A stretch of DNA of 64,000 nt, from positions 359-64,358 of IMG/VR virus record IMGVR_UViG_2899584989_000006; one strand, 5' to 3'. The notes beneath the pieces were generated by a model. The model did not search any database, had not been told where the DNA came from, and saw only the letters and a list, made by a program, of their open reading frames with translations. Positions 28,001-37,793 of the stretch are shown piece after piece. The DNA is from a virus. Both the position numbers and the translations under genes were made by a program. Every line of letters starts with the position of its first letter. The stretch's first letter is position 1.

Positions 28001-29281
28001 CAAATATGTATCTTTAATTCGGGTTTCATCAAAGAATATAAAGAAAGCCACGTTTGCGCCCGTAACTTCCAATCTTCCCGTTGGGTTATAAATTCTAAAC
28101 GTTACGGCATCCCAAAGGTTATTTGCAACATAACTACCATTTCCCCCGTTATAACTGTATAAATGTCCGTAATCAACGGGCAAATAACCTGAGTAAGAAT
28201 CATGTTTAATACCAAGGTTTACAATTTCCCTCCTCAAGCTAGTCTCCCTTGCGTCCGTGCCAATCCACTCCCTCGCCTCATGATCAGCCGTGAACTCGTA
28301 CAAGAGACCGCCGTAATTAACGATCTCGCCTTTTACGTAGGGCTTGGTATCGGAGAAGACTGGGTACGTGTCTAGGCCGACGATGGATGAAACAGCCTTT
28401 TGGCTCATGACCTCCGTCTCGCTATTCCCGATCGTCTGAACCACCCCGGCGGCTATGCTTTGGAAAACCCCGTTATCTACCCATCCTGAATCGTTATACA
28501 CGTACATCCGGTATATAGGATTCTTATGTTCCGTGTCCTCAGCCGCGTACGTAGGGCCTACCATGTAGATATCACCCTGTTTCACGCCCGTAGAGGGCAG
28601 GGCTGACGAGGTAGCGACATACCCCTTTATATACAGGTCTTGAGTGAACGGCTTTGACAGGTCAGACCATGTTTTCTGATCCCGTGATATCTGGATCTTA
28701 TTGTCTTGATAGCGGAACCAAGCGGCGATATACTCAGAGATCTCATTCCATACCTCTCCATCATACGAGTATTGAAGCTTGTTATTAACCGTGCGAAGCA
28801 TGGGAGTAAGCCCGTTGTCCCCTTTAGGTCCCTGTGCCTTGAAGCCGGTATCAACGCCATCCTGAAACCAATTTCCGTTAGAGCCTATGGTTATGTTACC
28901 TCCGACCGGGAGGGCGTCCGTTATCCTAGTCCAAGAGGAGTCAAGACGGAAGAAATCATCGGCGATACAAAGATCATAGGTGAGTTTCTCCGTTATCGTC
29001 TCATCGTCAAGGTTCTTGTAAGTGATTATGATACCCTTCCTTCTCATCCAGAAAGGCAATTGTATACGGGTATCCCCCGCCGATCCCATCCAAGGCAAAT
29101 ACACGTTGTTGCATTTCCACAATATGGAATCAAGCCTCTCTTTCGTCCTAGCGTCATATACGGCCTGAATGTATGTCAACGGATAGATAGGAAAACGCTC
29201 GTTCTTATCCTTGGCCAGCTTGTCTAGCTGCTGTACGCTATCCCTCTCGTAACCCTCACAAATATCTTTTCGCTCTTCCAT
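25094..29281 (-). CDS. Tail fibre/receptor-binding protein
   Basis: 1395 aa; GNWFQDGVDTGFKAQGPKGDNG collagen-like segment, MSQKAV motif, beta-rich C-terminal domains. Confidence 0.75.
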   Translation of the reverse strand: MEERKDICEGYERDSVQQLDKLAKDKNERFPIYPLTYIQAVYDARTKERLDSILWKCNNVYLPWMGSAGDTRIQLPFWMRRKGIIITYKNLDDETITEKLTYDLCIADDFFRLDSSWTRITDALPVGGNITIGSNGNWFQDGVDTGFKAQGPKGDNGLTPMLRTVNNKLQYSYDGEVWNEISEYIAAWFRYQDNKIQISRDQKTWSDLSKPFTQDLYIKGYVATSSALPSTGVKQGDIYMVGPTYAAEDTEHKNPIYRMYVYNDSGWVDNGVFQSIAAGVVQTIGNSETEVMSQKAVSSIVGLDTYPVFSDTKPYVKGEIVNYGGLLYEFTADHEAREWIGTDARETSLRREIVNLGIKHDSYSGYLPVDYGHLYSYNGGNGSYVANNLWDAVTFRIYNPTGRLEVTGANVAFFIFFDETRIKDTYLDSNTTGIIPAGAKLCVLDMRKSDNPNGYANLRIRQYGSGADKGELSLLNESALQVFSDVYNMAVKFDDEDITPEAIAGQYFNPNVSGLVANENFKCYKLDVSGYVGKVLHGYTYTSGTMWSCSMTDENNVVLAKFNYRTRDDRQSNIIDRMFYIGSGVKYLYINCAVSYMGAFIKTTKRELNTNKVDIFPVNMKMRDVATYIGEPFVIPNHYGELSGDASDNGNIKPSANFDLVVIKLLSRKPIIVEGATCKFYLFYNSGDLKNETYLGNNRTGDYIAGAQYAALLFEKSTGSKGLNYNQIRIVQDGTVIKHDDVLRQHNIETLTPDEVVHGYFIMPDGSTQANASFRYERYNLPNVFYDTLLFSAQYGSHTNIAAIFYFDKDDNLISKEYDFNTSTTGGIIFNNAPLHIPDNAAYILFNIRESSGGTMYMKTVGEYYDLGQMETDIENIKGGKKLIKLHVYDTEPGRNENAFYVRAKYNDTKDILLLYYINLNTLLSPKTAYIGANTLSDADLMASANIVSNHSDSTAPLFQSSLYWHLYAQHGYVIPVVPNTVGLTTADIGALWKDQLDRQYNIGNVIGSSIYLLPVITRGAEGNDTRGWKTPNNPAITALTHVSGGTVTTPITVASQSTTQLRPIMKHENRKFYIDGRELTEPGDYEGDDFTVSESQTGYDPASIETWFPTPGVIGTPDLTGAVEMARFTWSYNFRGAQCCVNTTIDIRRKVECQSYGATQQQTFVDTGNYKAMFMIPKAAPQGGTELDKPFNSPALTSGGYSFFRNTTYLKDVDKPIDRLIAMLHNPNDNTYLVGMAAGLSLVSGETIPAKRNANIPIAPNANDVHYRLGSFSPSNNNKFYIAAINTSPFADDGYNLPNTYFKEINYYISYFDPAANPGQLYWYKDGNSYIIYSHCQSVQSRVPLTLPDFMEGLNVEIVEQTDNAVLLTDTVQNGKLFVSYNTDESNYIVLKTK

Positions 29282-29302
29282 GATGTATCGTGCTTTAATT
29301 CG

Positions 29303-29608
29303 TTATACGTAAAATATGTTGTAGCCGGCGTTAAGTCTCAAGATCAAATCAAGGTCGTTAGCCTTTGACCAATCCTCGCCTTCCTTCTTGTAAAGGGCCA
29401 GCTTGAATACGCTCGTATTATCCAACTGATCTAATTTATAGGTATTCCCGGCCAGATAGAAAGGCTTACCTACCCTTATGCGCTGATCGCCGTTCTCCGT
29501 AAGATCGATGTTCTTACGGCCTTTGTACAATGTCCTTACCTTCGGCTTGTAGATACTGAATACAAGCTTGAATATCTTTCTGATGATCGTGTATATGAAT
29601 TGTCTCAT
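29303..29608 (-). CDS. Hypothetical tail-associated protein
   Basis: 101-aa ORF between the tail genes. Confidence 0.65.
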   Translation of the reverse strand: MRQFIYTIIRKIFKLVFSIYKPKVRTLYKGRKNIDLTENGDQRIRVGKPFYLAGNTYKLDQLDNTSVFKLALYKKEGEDWSKANDLDLILRLNAGYNIFYV

Positions 29609-29627
29609 GATTATAATGTTTTAATGG

Positions 29628-32600
29628 TTATACGGTAGCTCCGGTGGCATCGACCCAGTTTGTGCCTGTCCACCAGATAGGCTTGTTTAATGTGGTATCA
29701 AAATAGAATGTACCATTTAATAATGGACTATTATACAAAGTAGCTCTATTGTCAGAAGATCCGCTAAGTATTTGTGGCTTTATTACCATACCTGCGCCAG
29801 AATCATTAAAATTTAATACTAGTTCCTGTCCATTAAAATCAACACCTATAGATCTAGGTATTCCAACAAAAACCTGATCTTCTACTTCTGATATGAAGTT
29901 AATAGAAGGATTAGCATTTTCAATCTGAAAATATACTTGATTATTGTTTAATTTTGTGCTATCTGGAATAATTATATTTAACCTTTTACCAACACAATTT
30001 ATTCTAAATTTATTAATATTTTGATCAAGATATTCTTTTAAGTAAAAGTTTTCTCCATCTTCTATAGGTCTCACATAATATGGGATATTACGTAAAGAAT
30101 CATACATTGTATTAGGTGTAAAATTTTTATTTACACCTAATAAATCACTTAGTTTTTTATCAATTGTACATTCTATACATTTTATGTTATTTCTATTCGA
30201 AAATATTCTATAATTAGAAAATGAATAATAATTGATTACAGTACTTATATCAGACCCCTCTAAAAAAGAGAAAACGCAGTTATTAAAAACAATTAAATTT
30301 TCACATATTGCAGATGACATTGATGGATAGAGCAACAGGTTTGGAGTAATAGTAGCATTATTAATATTGTATCTAGTATTATCTGTATAAAACTTGTTAT
30401 TTAATCTTGCCTTACCAGCAGTTAAACCAACTGTGCCACTATTAATATTTACTTTTGTGTTTAATGTCCAGCTAATCATTGGAGTCATTTTACAATTACT
30501 TAGATTAATTACAAAACATCCAATATCGTCTTTTCTATCAAGGTATTCATCATATGTGTGTCCTTGCAAATAAAAAACATTAAGTCCTGTTATATCATTA
30601 TTTGCTGAAAAATCACAATTAGAAACATCTATTGTAACGGTGTCTTTCTTATACACTTCGCAATGATGATAAAAAACATCAATTATTTTAATAATACAAG
30701 TATCATTAGATCTAATGTCAGAAATTGTCAACTTAGGGAAATTTCTTTTACGAATAATAAGAATATCATTATTATTGTTTTGATAAACAGTTCTAATAGA
30801 ATTAATAGCTTTCACATTCTTTCCTATTAGTCGTAATCCATCTACTATAAAATTTCTAGCAAATAAATAATCAGTCCTTTTACTAGCTTGTTGAAAATTA
30901 AAATTATATACACTTAGATATAACATAAAGATGTCATTAGTATTAGAATAATCCCAAGTACAATCTTTAATAATTATATCCCCATCAAAATAACCACCAT
31001 AATCAGCTCTTGGAGAAAACAATATATTAGAATTAAACTTACTATTTTCAACCATAATTTTACCAAATCCTGTGTAAGTAATTCCCTTGTTACCTATTAC
31101 AGAATCAAATATCGACAAATTATTCAACCTATGATGAACATCGACTCTAGATAATGATGATTTTTTTATGATCCAATCAGTAATATAGTTACATCCAGTA
31201 GCTCCCCAAGCATTACCATCCAAATTACCTATTGACAAATTAGACATTGTCCATTTAATAATTTTTTCACCATCAATAGAATATGCAGATTTATCATTAT
31301 TTATAAGGATTTGATTGTTTCTTGTATTAGTAATATTACAGTTTGTCATTTGATAATTATAACCATATCTTATATTAAATATAGACAATCTGTAATTTTC
31401 TATATTTGGATCAGATAATTGTATATTATCAATAATCAAATTAGCATTGTATATAAAAAGAAAACCTATATATCTATACCCTCCACTTTGATTATCATTA
31501 AAAGTATCTTTTATTTTTAATAAGAGATTCTTAAAATATGAAGAAGTATCACAATTTATAAACTTTGCGCTAGTTGCAGTAAAAGTATCATTATAAGGTT
31601 CATTATATAAAAAACCATTTATATCAATATATAAGATTTCTTCTTTTAGTATAGGATCTGATACCAATGGATGAAATCTCATGAGTTCCACTTCATTTGA
31701 TTTAACATCTAAAAAAGAATTTTTGTATTTTCGAAATATTGGATTTGATTTGTCATAATTAGATATTGCATTTGATAACTCTTCTAAATCTTCACTGTCT
31801 ACATCTTCATATTTTGAATTAGATATTTTCAACTGAAAATGCTCAAATCCATTAGTGTCTAGAGTAATAGTAGAATCATTAAAATCTATTGACTGAGTAA
31901 TTGTTTCGTGTTTGTTGTCATTCTTAAATACATATTTGCCTTTTCTAAAAAATATTGGAACAAGTGAGTTGTTAGATATTCTAATTATATCTTTAAATTG
32001 GCTATAACAATCCTTTTCTGGCATTTCCCACCATTCTGTAAATACTTTATCGTTCTTTACAGAACCACTTACAGTAAGTGAACTTTTGAAGGATTCAAAT
32101 GCTCCACGAATATAGCTTCCATTCAAAACTAAATTACCGTTTCTAAAACTCCCCCCTTGGAACTCCAGCACGCAATTCTCCGGCACCTCGATCGTCTGCC
32201 CGGCTAAACAGTAGTCATATTGGATGATATAAATGGTGTTCGGTTTTCTCATCATGTGTTGCGTGAGCGTGTTCACGCCGTTCACGTAATGCTTCCGAAG
32301 GTACACACGTCCCATGCCGGAGTAATCCTTCGGGGCGTATTCCTTGTCTTTTAATTTTAAGGTCTGGTTATCCGTAACGGTTATATCCTCCTCGTCCGGA
32401 AGGTTGGTTATGCTCTTGTTACCGATCAATTGCTTGGTAGCCTCGGAAAGATCGTCCGGATCGACAGAGCCGGGCTTCAAGTCCGTTACCTGCTGGTTGG
32501 TGATGTCGATTATCTCGTTCCTCAATCCCCTCCGGGTGATATACGTATCACGGATAACGTTACCCTCATGGTCTCTCCAAGCACGGTCTACCATGATCTC

Positions 32601-33308
32601 CGGGGTAAGGTCTATGTCCGGCTTGAAACCAGCGGGACGGGCTGATACCGGGGCGTGGCTCTTGATCTCATCAACGACATCCCCCATATTATTAACCTTT
32701 TCCTCCGCTTCCTCCACACGCTCACCAAGTTTTCCCGTATCTTCCCGAATATCCTCTATGGCATTGTCTTGTGCCTCCAACTCATCGGTAATGGCCTTTT
32801 GGCTCATGGTATCAACCTCGCTATCACCACGGGAATCGAGTACGCTTACGTAACGCTCATGCTTCAGCCACTCTCCTTCCGTACCGCTCCAGTCCCCACG
32901 TAATACGGCCAGCTCGTATGAGGACAAGCCATCATAGCCATAAGTGGCCGTAGAGGTCTTTACTTTCAGCACGACGACGCCTTCTCCGATATTCGTAGCC
33001 TCGTCCTCAAATTCGGTAATAGAGAAAAGATCCTCTTTCTTGGAGCGACATACGCTTCGTGTATCAAAGACATGGTCCATATTCTTGACCCATATCGCCT
33101 CGATAGAGTAAGTTCCTTCTTCCAACCCTGAAGGAATGTCTACATAAAGCGTGCCTTTGTCCGCTCTCGCTTGAAGTAGATATTTCTCCCGGTTGCCTAA
33201 TAGAAAAACCTTTACATTAGATCGGGAGAAATCCTCTTTCACCGGGCTTATCCCCTTGTAAATAGTCCACTCTACCCGAATTAACCTGTCCTTGAATATG
33301 TATACCAT
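29628..33308 (-). CDS. Tail spike with probable beta-helix depolymerase domain
   Basis: 1226 aa; N-terminal anchor, Asn/Ile-rich beta-helix-like body, C-terminal FDTTLNKPIWWTGTNWVDATG motif. Confidence 0.7.
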   Translation of the reverse strand: MVYIFKDRLIRVEWTIYKGISPVKEDFSRSNVKVFLLGNREKYLLQARADKGTLYVDIPSGLEEGTYSIEAIWVKNMDHVFDTRSVCRSKKEDLFSITEFEDEATNIGEGVVVLKVKTSTATYGYDGLSSYELAVLRGDWSGTEGEWLKHERYVSVLDSRGDSEVDTMSQKAITDELEAQDNAIEDIREDTGKLGERVEEAEEKVNNMGDVVDEIKSHAPVSARPAGFKPDIDLTPEIMVDRAWRDHEGNVIRDTYITRRGLRNEIIDITNQQVTDLKPGSVDPDDLSEATKQLIGNKSITNLPDEEDITVTDNQTLKLKDKEYAPKDYSGMGRVYLRKHYVNGVNTLTQHMMRKPNTIYIIQYDYCLAGQTIEVPENCVLEFQGGSFRNGNLVLNGSYIRGAFESFKSSLTVSGSVKNDKVFTEWWEMPEKDCYSQFKDIIRISNNSLVPIFFRKGKYVFKNDNKHETITQSIDFNDSTITLDTNGFEHFQLKISNSKYEDVDSEDLEELSNAISNYDKSNPIFRKYKNSFLDVKSNEVELMRFHPLVSDPILKEEILYIDINGFLYNEPYNDTFTATSAKFINCDTSSYFKNLLLKIKDTFNDNQSGGYRYIGFLFIYNANLIIDNIQLSDPNIENYRLSIFNIRYGYNYQMTNCNITNTRNNQILINNDKSAYSIDGEKIIKWTMSNLSIGNLDGNAWGATGCNYITDWIIKKSSLSRVDVHHRLNNLSIFDSVIGNKGITYTGFGKIMVENSKFNSNILFSPRADYGGYFDGDIIIKDCTWDYSNTNDIFMLYLSVYNFNFQQASKRTDYLFARNFIVDGLRLIGKNVKAINSIRTVYQNNNNDILIIRKRNFPKLTISDIRSNDTCIIKIIDVFYHHCEVYKKDTVTIDVSNCDFSANNDITGLNVFYLQGHTYDEYLDRKDDIGCFVINLSNCKMTPMISWTLNTKVNINSGTVGLTAGKARLNNKFYTDNTRYNINNATITPNLLLYPSMSSAICENLIVFNNCVFSFLEGSDISTVINYYSFSNYRIFSNRNNIKCIECTIDKKLSDLLGVNKNFTPNTMYDSLRNIPYYVRPIEDGENFYLKEYLDQNINKFRINCVGKRLNIIIPDSTKLNNNQVYFQIENANPSINFISEVEDQVFVGIPRSIGVDFNGQELVLNFNDSGAGMVIKPQILSGSSDNRATLYNSPLLNGTFYFDTTLNKPIWWTGTNWVDATGATV

Positions 33309-33323
33309 GATTCTATAGTCTTG

Positions 33324-33962
33324 TTATTGATTGGAGTTGGCCCCGGATGGATTGACACCCATAAGAACCAACGCTTGATTAAACATACTGTCCGCGTGCT
33401 GATCCCTGTAAGTAAGCAACGTGAGACCGGATATATAATAGATCAGCGCCTTTTTCAGCTTGGGGCTTACCTCCAAGCTATCCGTTATATCCTCGTCTGT
33501 TATGATCCCGATCTCGAACGTGTCGGATTTATCCTTCGCCTTATATAGCTCCAATGTCTTACCCGGCCTCATGGTCAACGCCAGTTTAGGTCTTTCCCAT
33601 GTCCCCGTTGCGTATGGATCCGACAGCGTGGCGTATTCCTTATCGTTCCAACAGATAGGATCTGAAATAAATAAAGGCCATGATGATAGCCTAGCGTAAC
33701 AAATCCGAGAGTAGTTCTCCGGCAAGCTTACATGAGCGACAAGATCTTCCTCTATGGTTCCGTCCGTTATTATCTTGTTCGGTTCCAACAGGCTCCAGTC
33801 TGCGTTACCGTTCACGAAGCGCAACGCCTCCGATATCTTGGACTTGATAATCGAGTCCATTTCCTCGTTATCCTGCGTTCCTAGGAACTCAGCGTCATTA
33901 AGCCCGATCTCGTCTATGCAGATCTTGACCTCACTCACTATGTCGCTCACGCTAATATCCAT
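33324..33962 (-). CDS. Head-tail connector/adaptor protein
   Basis: SDIVSEVKICIDE, LPENY.R, ALIYYISGL; downstream of the capsid. Confidence 0.6.
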   Translation of the reverse strand: MDISVSDIVSEVKICIDEIGLNDAEFLGTQDNEEMDSIIKSKISEALRFVNGNADWSLLEPNKIITDGTIEEDLVAHVSLPENYSRICYARLSSWPLFISDPICWNDKEYATLSDPYATGTWERPKLALTMRPGKTLELYKAKDKSDTFEIGIITDEDITDSLEVSPKLKKALIYYISGLTLLTYRDQHADSMFNQALVLMGVNPSGANSNQ

Positions 33963-33963
33963 A

Positions 33964-34368
33964 TCATTTCATGTTCGGGAACGAGACACTTAATTTATCC
34001 TTTAACTCCTCAAGCATATCATCGTTCTCCACTTTATAGCCCATCTTGGCGAAATAGTCAATAGCATCATTCACGTTCTTTACGGTCTTGACCTCTTTCA
34101 CTTGTTTTTCCCGGCCTCTCGAGTTCCTCATGACCGAGACACCAGACACATCATCGTCTTTTAACGTAGAGACGAGCCGGATAGACGTACCAAATCGGCA
34201 ATCATTCTCGATAGCGTCTTGTACGAAAGGGTTGCTAGTCCGTAGTAAGGCGTTCTTACCATTGATGAAATTACCGCCCTTGAACTCCATGCTGACCCTT
34301 GTGCCGCAGTATATAGTACGGAGCATGCAATTATCCTTGCCTACCAACTCATATGTTTTCGTGATCAT
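33964..34368 (-). CDS. Hypothetical virion-associated protein
   Basis: Start re-assigned to MITK (34368), after the hairpin at 34384-34414. Confidence 0.65.
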   Translation of the reverse strand: MITKTYELVGKDNCMLRTIYCGTRVSMEFKGGNFINGKNALLRTSNPFVQDAIENDCRFGTSIRLVSTLKDDDVSGVSVMRNSRGREKQVKEVKTVKNVNDAIDYFAKMGYKVENDDMLEELKDKLSVSFPNMK

Positions 34369-34383
34369 TCGATTGATTTTATT

Positions 34384-34414
34384 AGACCCACCGTGCGTTT
34401 GCTCCGGTGGGTCT
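34384..34414 (-). terminator. Hairpin after the major capsid gene
   Basis: AGACCCACCG...CGGTGGGTCT. Confidence 0.65.
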
Positions 34415-34433
34415 TGTTTGACAATATTACAGT

Positions 34434-36035
34434 TTACACGTTGATCTCTCCCTTGTATGGTTTCCATGCCGTACCGTCATATACATATAATCCGACGGCG
34501 TGCGTATCGTCCGCTACGGTCAAGTAAACCACATCGTCCTTTTTCGGTGTAGATACGGAACTCAGGGAAGCCACGCTGGAAACGACCGTGTCAAGCATAG
34601 ACAGCTTATATCCGCTCACTGTCACGTCCGGACCGATCAGCATCGAGTTATAACCCGTAAGCATCAAGCAGTCATCCTGAATATAATATTGGGATTTGGC
34701 CTCCCGCACCTCACCGCCTTCCCCCTTGGAATGATCCACGGTAAGAGTCTTTCCTTTCTGGTAGTAATAACGCTTGGCCTCGGACATCGGGAAAGCGACG
34801 GCGCATTCCTCATATCCAAGATCGTCAAGGGCGTGCTCGACCTTGAAGTTCAGCTTTCCGAAAGTGGTCTCGAAAGAGGAGATATCGATACCGATATTCT
34901 GTTTCTTGACGAATGAGATATCCTTATGTTTCGTGAAATCGATGTTCAGCAACTTCTCGATGAACTTGGTACCGCAATACACGTCCATCTCGTTCGTGTT
35001 CGAGTACTTCCCGAAAAGCATACGGGTGATACCGATAAGGTCGGCGAACTCCAATGTCGAACCGATCTGGTAACCCAGCCGTAATTGTCTCAACACTCCT
35101 TTTTGGAAATACACGTATTCTGTACCTGTTTTCTTGGAGCCATACTTCAAGGACTTAGTTCCTACGCCGATCAACATCGTGCGCGTGCATTTCTTGCGGA
35201 AATTAGACAAAGTCCAATCCTTCAAGTCTTGCACGTTCCACTTCGCCTTCTTGTTGATACGCTCGAAGAATTCCGTCCACGTGATCGGGCATACCTTCTT
35301 CTGCAAGTAGGCGATCTCTTTCTTGGGATAAGCGGAATCCGGGGCGATCTCAACCTCGCTCTCGCTCATTGCCGGTGCCATGATATGCAATCCGGTGCCC
35401 GCTTTCAAGTCCGGCACATACATGTTCCCGCTATCATCCAACGGGCCGTTAAGGGCGGCAACCATAATACCGTTAGCCTTATCCGCCGATACGACATAGA
35501 GAACCAACGGACTTCCGTCTGAATTGCCCGCCTCATCATATCCGGTCACCCCGTCCACCAAGACGGTGTTGCACTCGGCGAATAACTTCTCGTCATTCTT
35601 GTACAAGCTAAGCTTTACCTCAGCGTCCTTGTCCGTGTTGGTCACAGCCGCCTTGGTAACGCAATCCATTATAGCCTCGCCAATATTGTAATGCTCCGGT
35701 TCCTTCGTGTTGACATGGACTTGCTTGGCGAGCTTGAGGAAATCCGTGTGCATGGGATATTTGTACGCCTGGAATTTACTGACGTAATCCTCTACCTTGT
35801 TCTCGGCCAGATCAGCGTCGGTGACCGCGGATCCGGTAGCCCCCTGCCCCTGCTGGTCAATACCCTTACCCGCCGCGTCCGGGGTCGCGTTCTCCAACGG
35901 CTTGCCATCATTGGGATCCGTATCACTTCCATTCTCCCCGATCTCCACGGCCATAGCCGCTCCACCAGTCAATACCGCCAAGACAAAGAACAAAGCCTTG
36001 ACCCAAAACATCTTGTCTTTAAATAATTTATTCAT
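34434..36035 (-). CDS. Major capsid protein
   Basis: 533 aa, downstream of a scaffold-like gene, followed by a strong hairpin; FETTFGKLNF.VEHALD pattern. Confidence 0.7.
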   Translation of the reverse strand: MNKLFKDKMFWVKALFFVLAVLTGGAAMAVEIGENGSDTDPNDGKPLENATPDAAGKGIDQQGQGATGSAVTDADLAENKVEDYVSKFQAYKYPMHTDFLKLAKQVHVNTKEPEHYNIGEAIMDCVTKAAVTNTDKDAEVKLSLYKNDEKLFAECNTVLVDGVTGYDEAGNSDGSPLVLYVVSADKANGIMVAALNGPLDDSGNMYVPDLKAGTGLHIMAPAMSESEVEIAPDSAYPKKEIAYLQKKVCPITWTEFFERINKKAKWNVQDLKDWTLSNFRKKCTRTMLIGVGTKSLKYGSKKTGTEYVYFQKGVLRQLRLGYQIGSTLEFADLIGITRMLFGKYSNTNEMDVYCGTKFIEKLLNIDFTKHKDISFVKKQNIGIDISSFETTFGKLNFKVEHALDDLGYEECAVAFPMSEAKRYYYQKGKTLTVDHSKGEGGEVREAKSQYYIQDDCLMLTGYNSMLIGPDVTVSGYKLSMLDTVVSSVASLSSVSTPKKDDVVYLTVADDTHAVGLYVYDGTAWKPYKGEINV

Positions 36036-36064
36036 CGCAAAAGTATTAATTGTTATTATTCTTA

Positions 36065-36769
36065 TTATAAAAAAGGATTGTTCACGTCTTGCGTAACCGG
36101 CTTCTCCTGCCGTGCTCCTTGTCTTCCTCTCGGCCTTTCCTGCTTACCGCTAAGATCCTTTAACTTGTCGGTAACTTTCTTGTTGATCCCTTCCGCAACG
36201 CCTTCCTCCCGAGTGGCCTCCACGTCTTGGTTATAATTCATTCCCTTGGCCATCATCTCGAAAATAGACGGGTCCAATTTACCGACGATCAAGTCATCCA
36301 TGACTTGATACATCTTGCCTATAACCTCCTCCGCTTGATCATCGGAAAGGCCCATCTCCGAGGCTTTCGCCCTAATCGCTTCCACGCTAGCCGGCATATT
36401 CTCCGACATTTGTTTCTCGATCTCGTCCTGTTTCGCCAGTTTCTCCAAGTAAGCGTTATGAGCGTCGGCCAGCTTTTGCGAATAATCGGGATCATCGGCC
36501 AAGGCTTTTAAGTCAAGCCCCTTATTCTGTACCATCCACACCACGGGATCGAAATCATCCTGATCCCTAGCGGCTACCATCAACTCGGCGAAAGCTGGAC
36601 TCTTCGATAGGTTCTCCCGCATTTTCTTAGAGTTTCCCTCATAACCCTCATACTCGTCCATGAACTGGTTGACCGAGCCGTAGTAAGCCTCCTCGTCATC
36701 CATGTTAAGATCCGGATTCCGTTTGGCGTATCTCTGTCTGAATCTCTCTTTGTTAGATATATCTGCCAT
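36065..36769 (-). CDS. Capsid scaffolding protein (putative)
   Basis: Acidic helical 234-aa protein directly upstream of the capsid. Confidence 0.6.
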   Translation of the reverse strand: MADISNKERFRQRYAKRNPDLNMDDEEAYYGSVNQFMDEYEGYEGNSKKMRENLSKSPAFAELMVAARDQDDFDPVVWMVQNKGLDLKALADDPDYSQKLADAHNAYLEKLAKQDEIEKQMSENMPASVEAIRAKASEMGLSDDQAEEVIGKMYQVMDDLIVGKLDPSIFEMMAKGMNYNQDVEATREEGVAEGINKKVTDKLKDLSGKQERPRGRQGARQEKPVTQDVNNPFL

Positions 36770-36791
36770 ACCTTAATCGATTATGTTTTAG

Positions 36792-36837
36792 GCAAAGGAA
36801 AATAATAAGGTATATCCGTTTTGTTATTTTGATTATT
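36792..36837 (-). promoter_or_regulatory. Putative phage late promoter, copy 2
   Basis: Minus strand AATAATCAAAATAACAAA-N23-TTTGC. Confidence 0.7.
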
Positions 36838-36922
36838 TTATTTAACCCATGAACCCTAAGAATAATCAAACATGTGAATCTATTTTTTATCTTTGTGATG
36901 TTCACCAAAACAAGCGTTCTTT

Positions 36923-37330
36923 ATGGTTAATGGCGTAGATTTCATCCCAGAGCGGGACATGGAGCTTTACGAAGCTTATAGACGTGCTTTGAAGATGAGG
37001 GAAGTGAAATCCCACCGAGAGGCGGTAATGAGGGCTATATCCTCACATGCCTCTAGGTTCTGGATCTCCACCCTTCAAGCGTATAGGGGAATCCTGCTGA
37101 TCAGGAAAGGGAAGACCAAGGAAAAGGGTCGATCGATCAGGAACAAGATGATCGATGACATTTATGAGATTTACAAAGAGCTGGAGAAAAAGAGAGAATT
37201 CAAGGGAAGCTCCGTTTATTTCATCACCTCTTTCGCGGTCTATCAAACGGCCCCCTGTTTTTACATATCCTATTCACGGGCGTTGGCGATAATACAACGC
37301 ATCAACCGGGAAAGGAAAAATGGAAGGTAA
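36923..37330 (+). CDS. Basic hypothetical protein, possible transcriptional regulator
   Basis: 135 aa; internal duplication (ASRFWIS / APCFYIS); TATCTTTG promoter at 36888-36895. Confidence 0.6.
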   Translation: MVNGVDFIPERDMELYEAYRRALKMREVKSHREAVMRAISSHASRFWISTLQAYRGILLIRKGKTKEKGRSIRNKMIDDIYEIYKELEKKREFKGSSVYFITSFAVYQTAPCFYISYSRALAIIQRINRERKNGR

Positions 37331-37793
37331 GCTAAAAAGACTGATTCCTTCATTAATAATCGCCTTGACAAGCGTCATACTCCAACTCGCAGGTAAACAT
37401 TTCTATTTCGATACCAATTCCATACCATACGACCATTTCCTTTACACGTTCACCCACGCAAACATCTTTCATTTATCATTAAATCTTATCGCCTTATTCC
37501 AGTTTAAGCCTCGTGTGAAAACATGCCTGATCGGTTACGTGTCTTGCGTCTTGGCCTCGTTCGTACCACTAGCCTCATTGCCGGTTCCTACATGCGGCAT
37601 GTCCGGATTTATCATGGGATGTTACGCCCGCAGATATCACGCCTATAAACTAAGCCTTTGGAGAATAATATTGAGCAATATCGTCATGGCGTTTATCCCC
37701 TTATTCAACTGGAGGATACACTTGCTGTCATTCCTAATAGCCTATATCATCTATGGAGTCATACAGAAAATTAGCGTTCACGGAAGAGGTTGA
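37320..37793 (+). CDS. Rhomboid-family intramembrane serine protease
   Basis: FTHANIFHLSLN, GMSG catalytic motif, later His (IHLLSF), several TM helices. Confidence 0.75.
   Translation: MEGKLKRLIPSLIIALTSVILQLAGKHFYFDTNSIPYDHFLYTFTHANIFHLSLNLIALFQFKPRVKTCLIGYVSCVLASFVPLASLPVPTCGMSGFIMGCYARRYHAYKLSLWRIILSNIVMAFIPLFNWRIHLLSFLIAYIIYGVIQKISVHGRG

Noticed and set aside
25094..33308. Diversity-generating retroelement acting on tail genes
   Set aside because: No reverse transcriptase and no TR/VR repeat pair seen in the window
34369..34467. N-terminal extension of ORF 33964-34467
   Set aside because: Runs through the capsid stop and its terminator hairpin; 34368 is the better start
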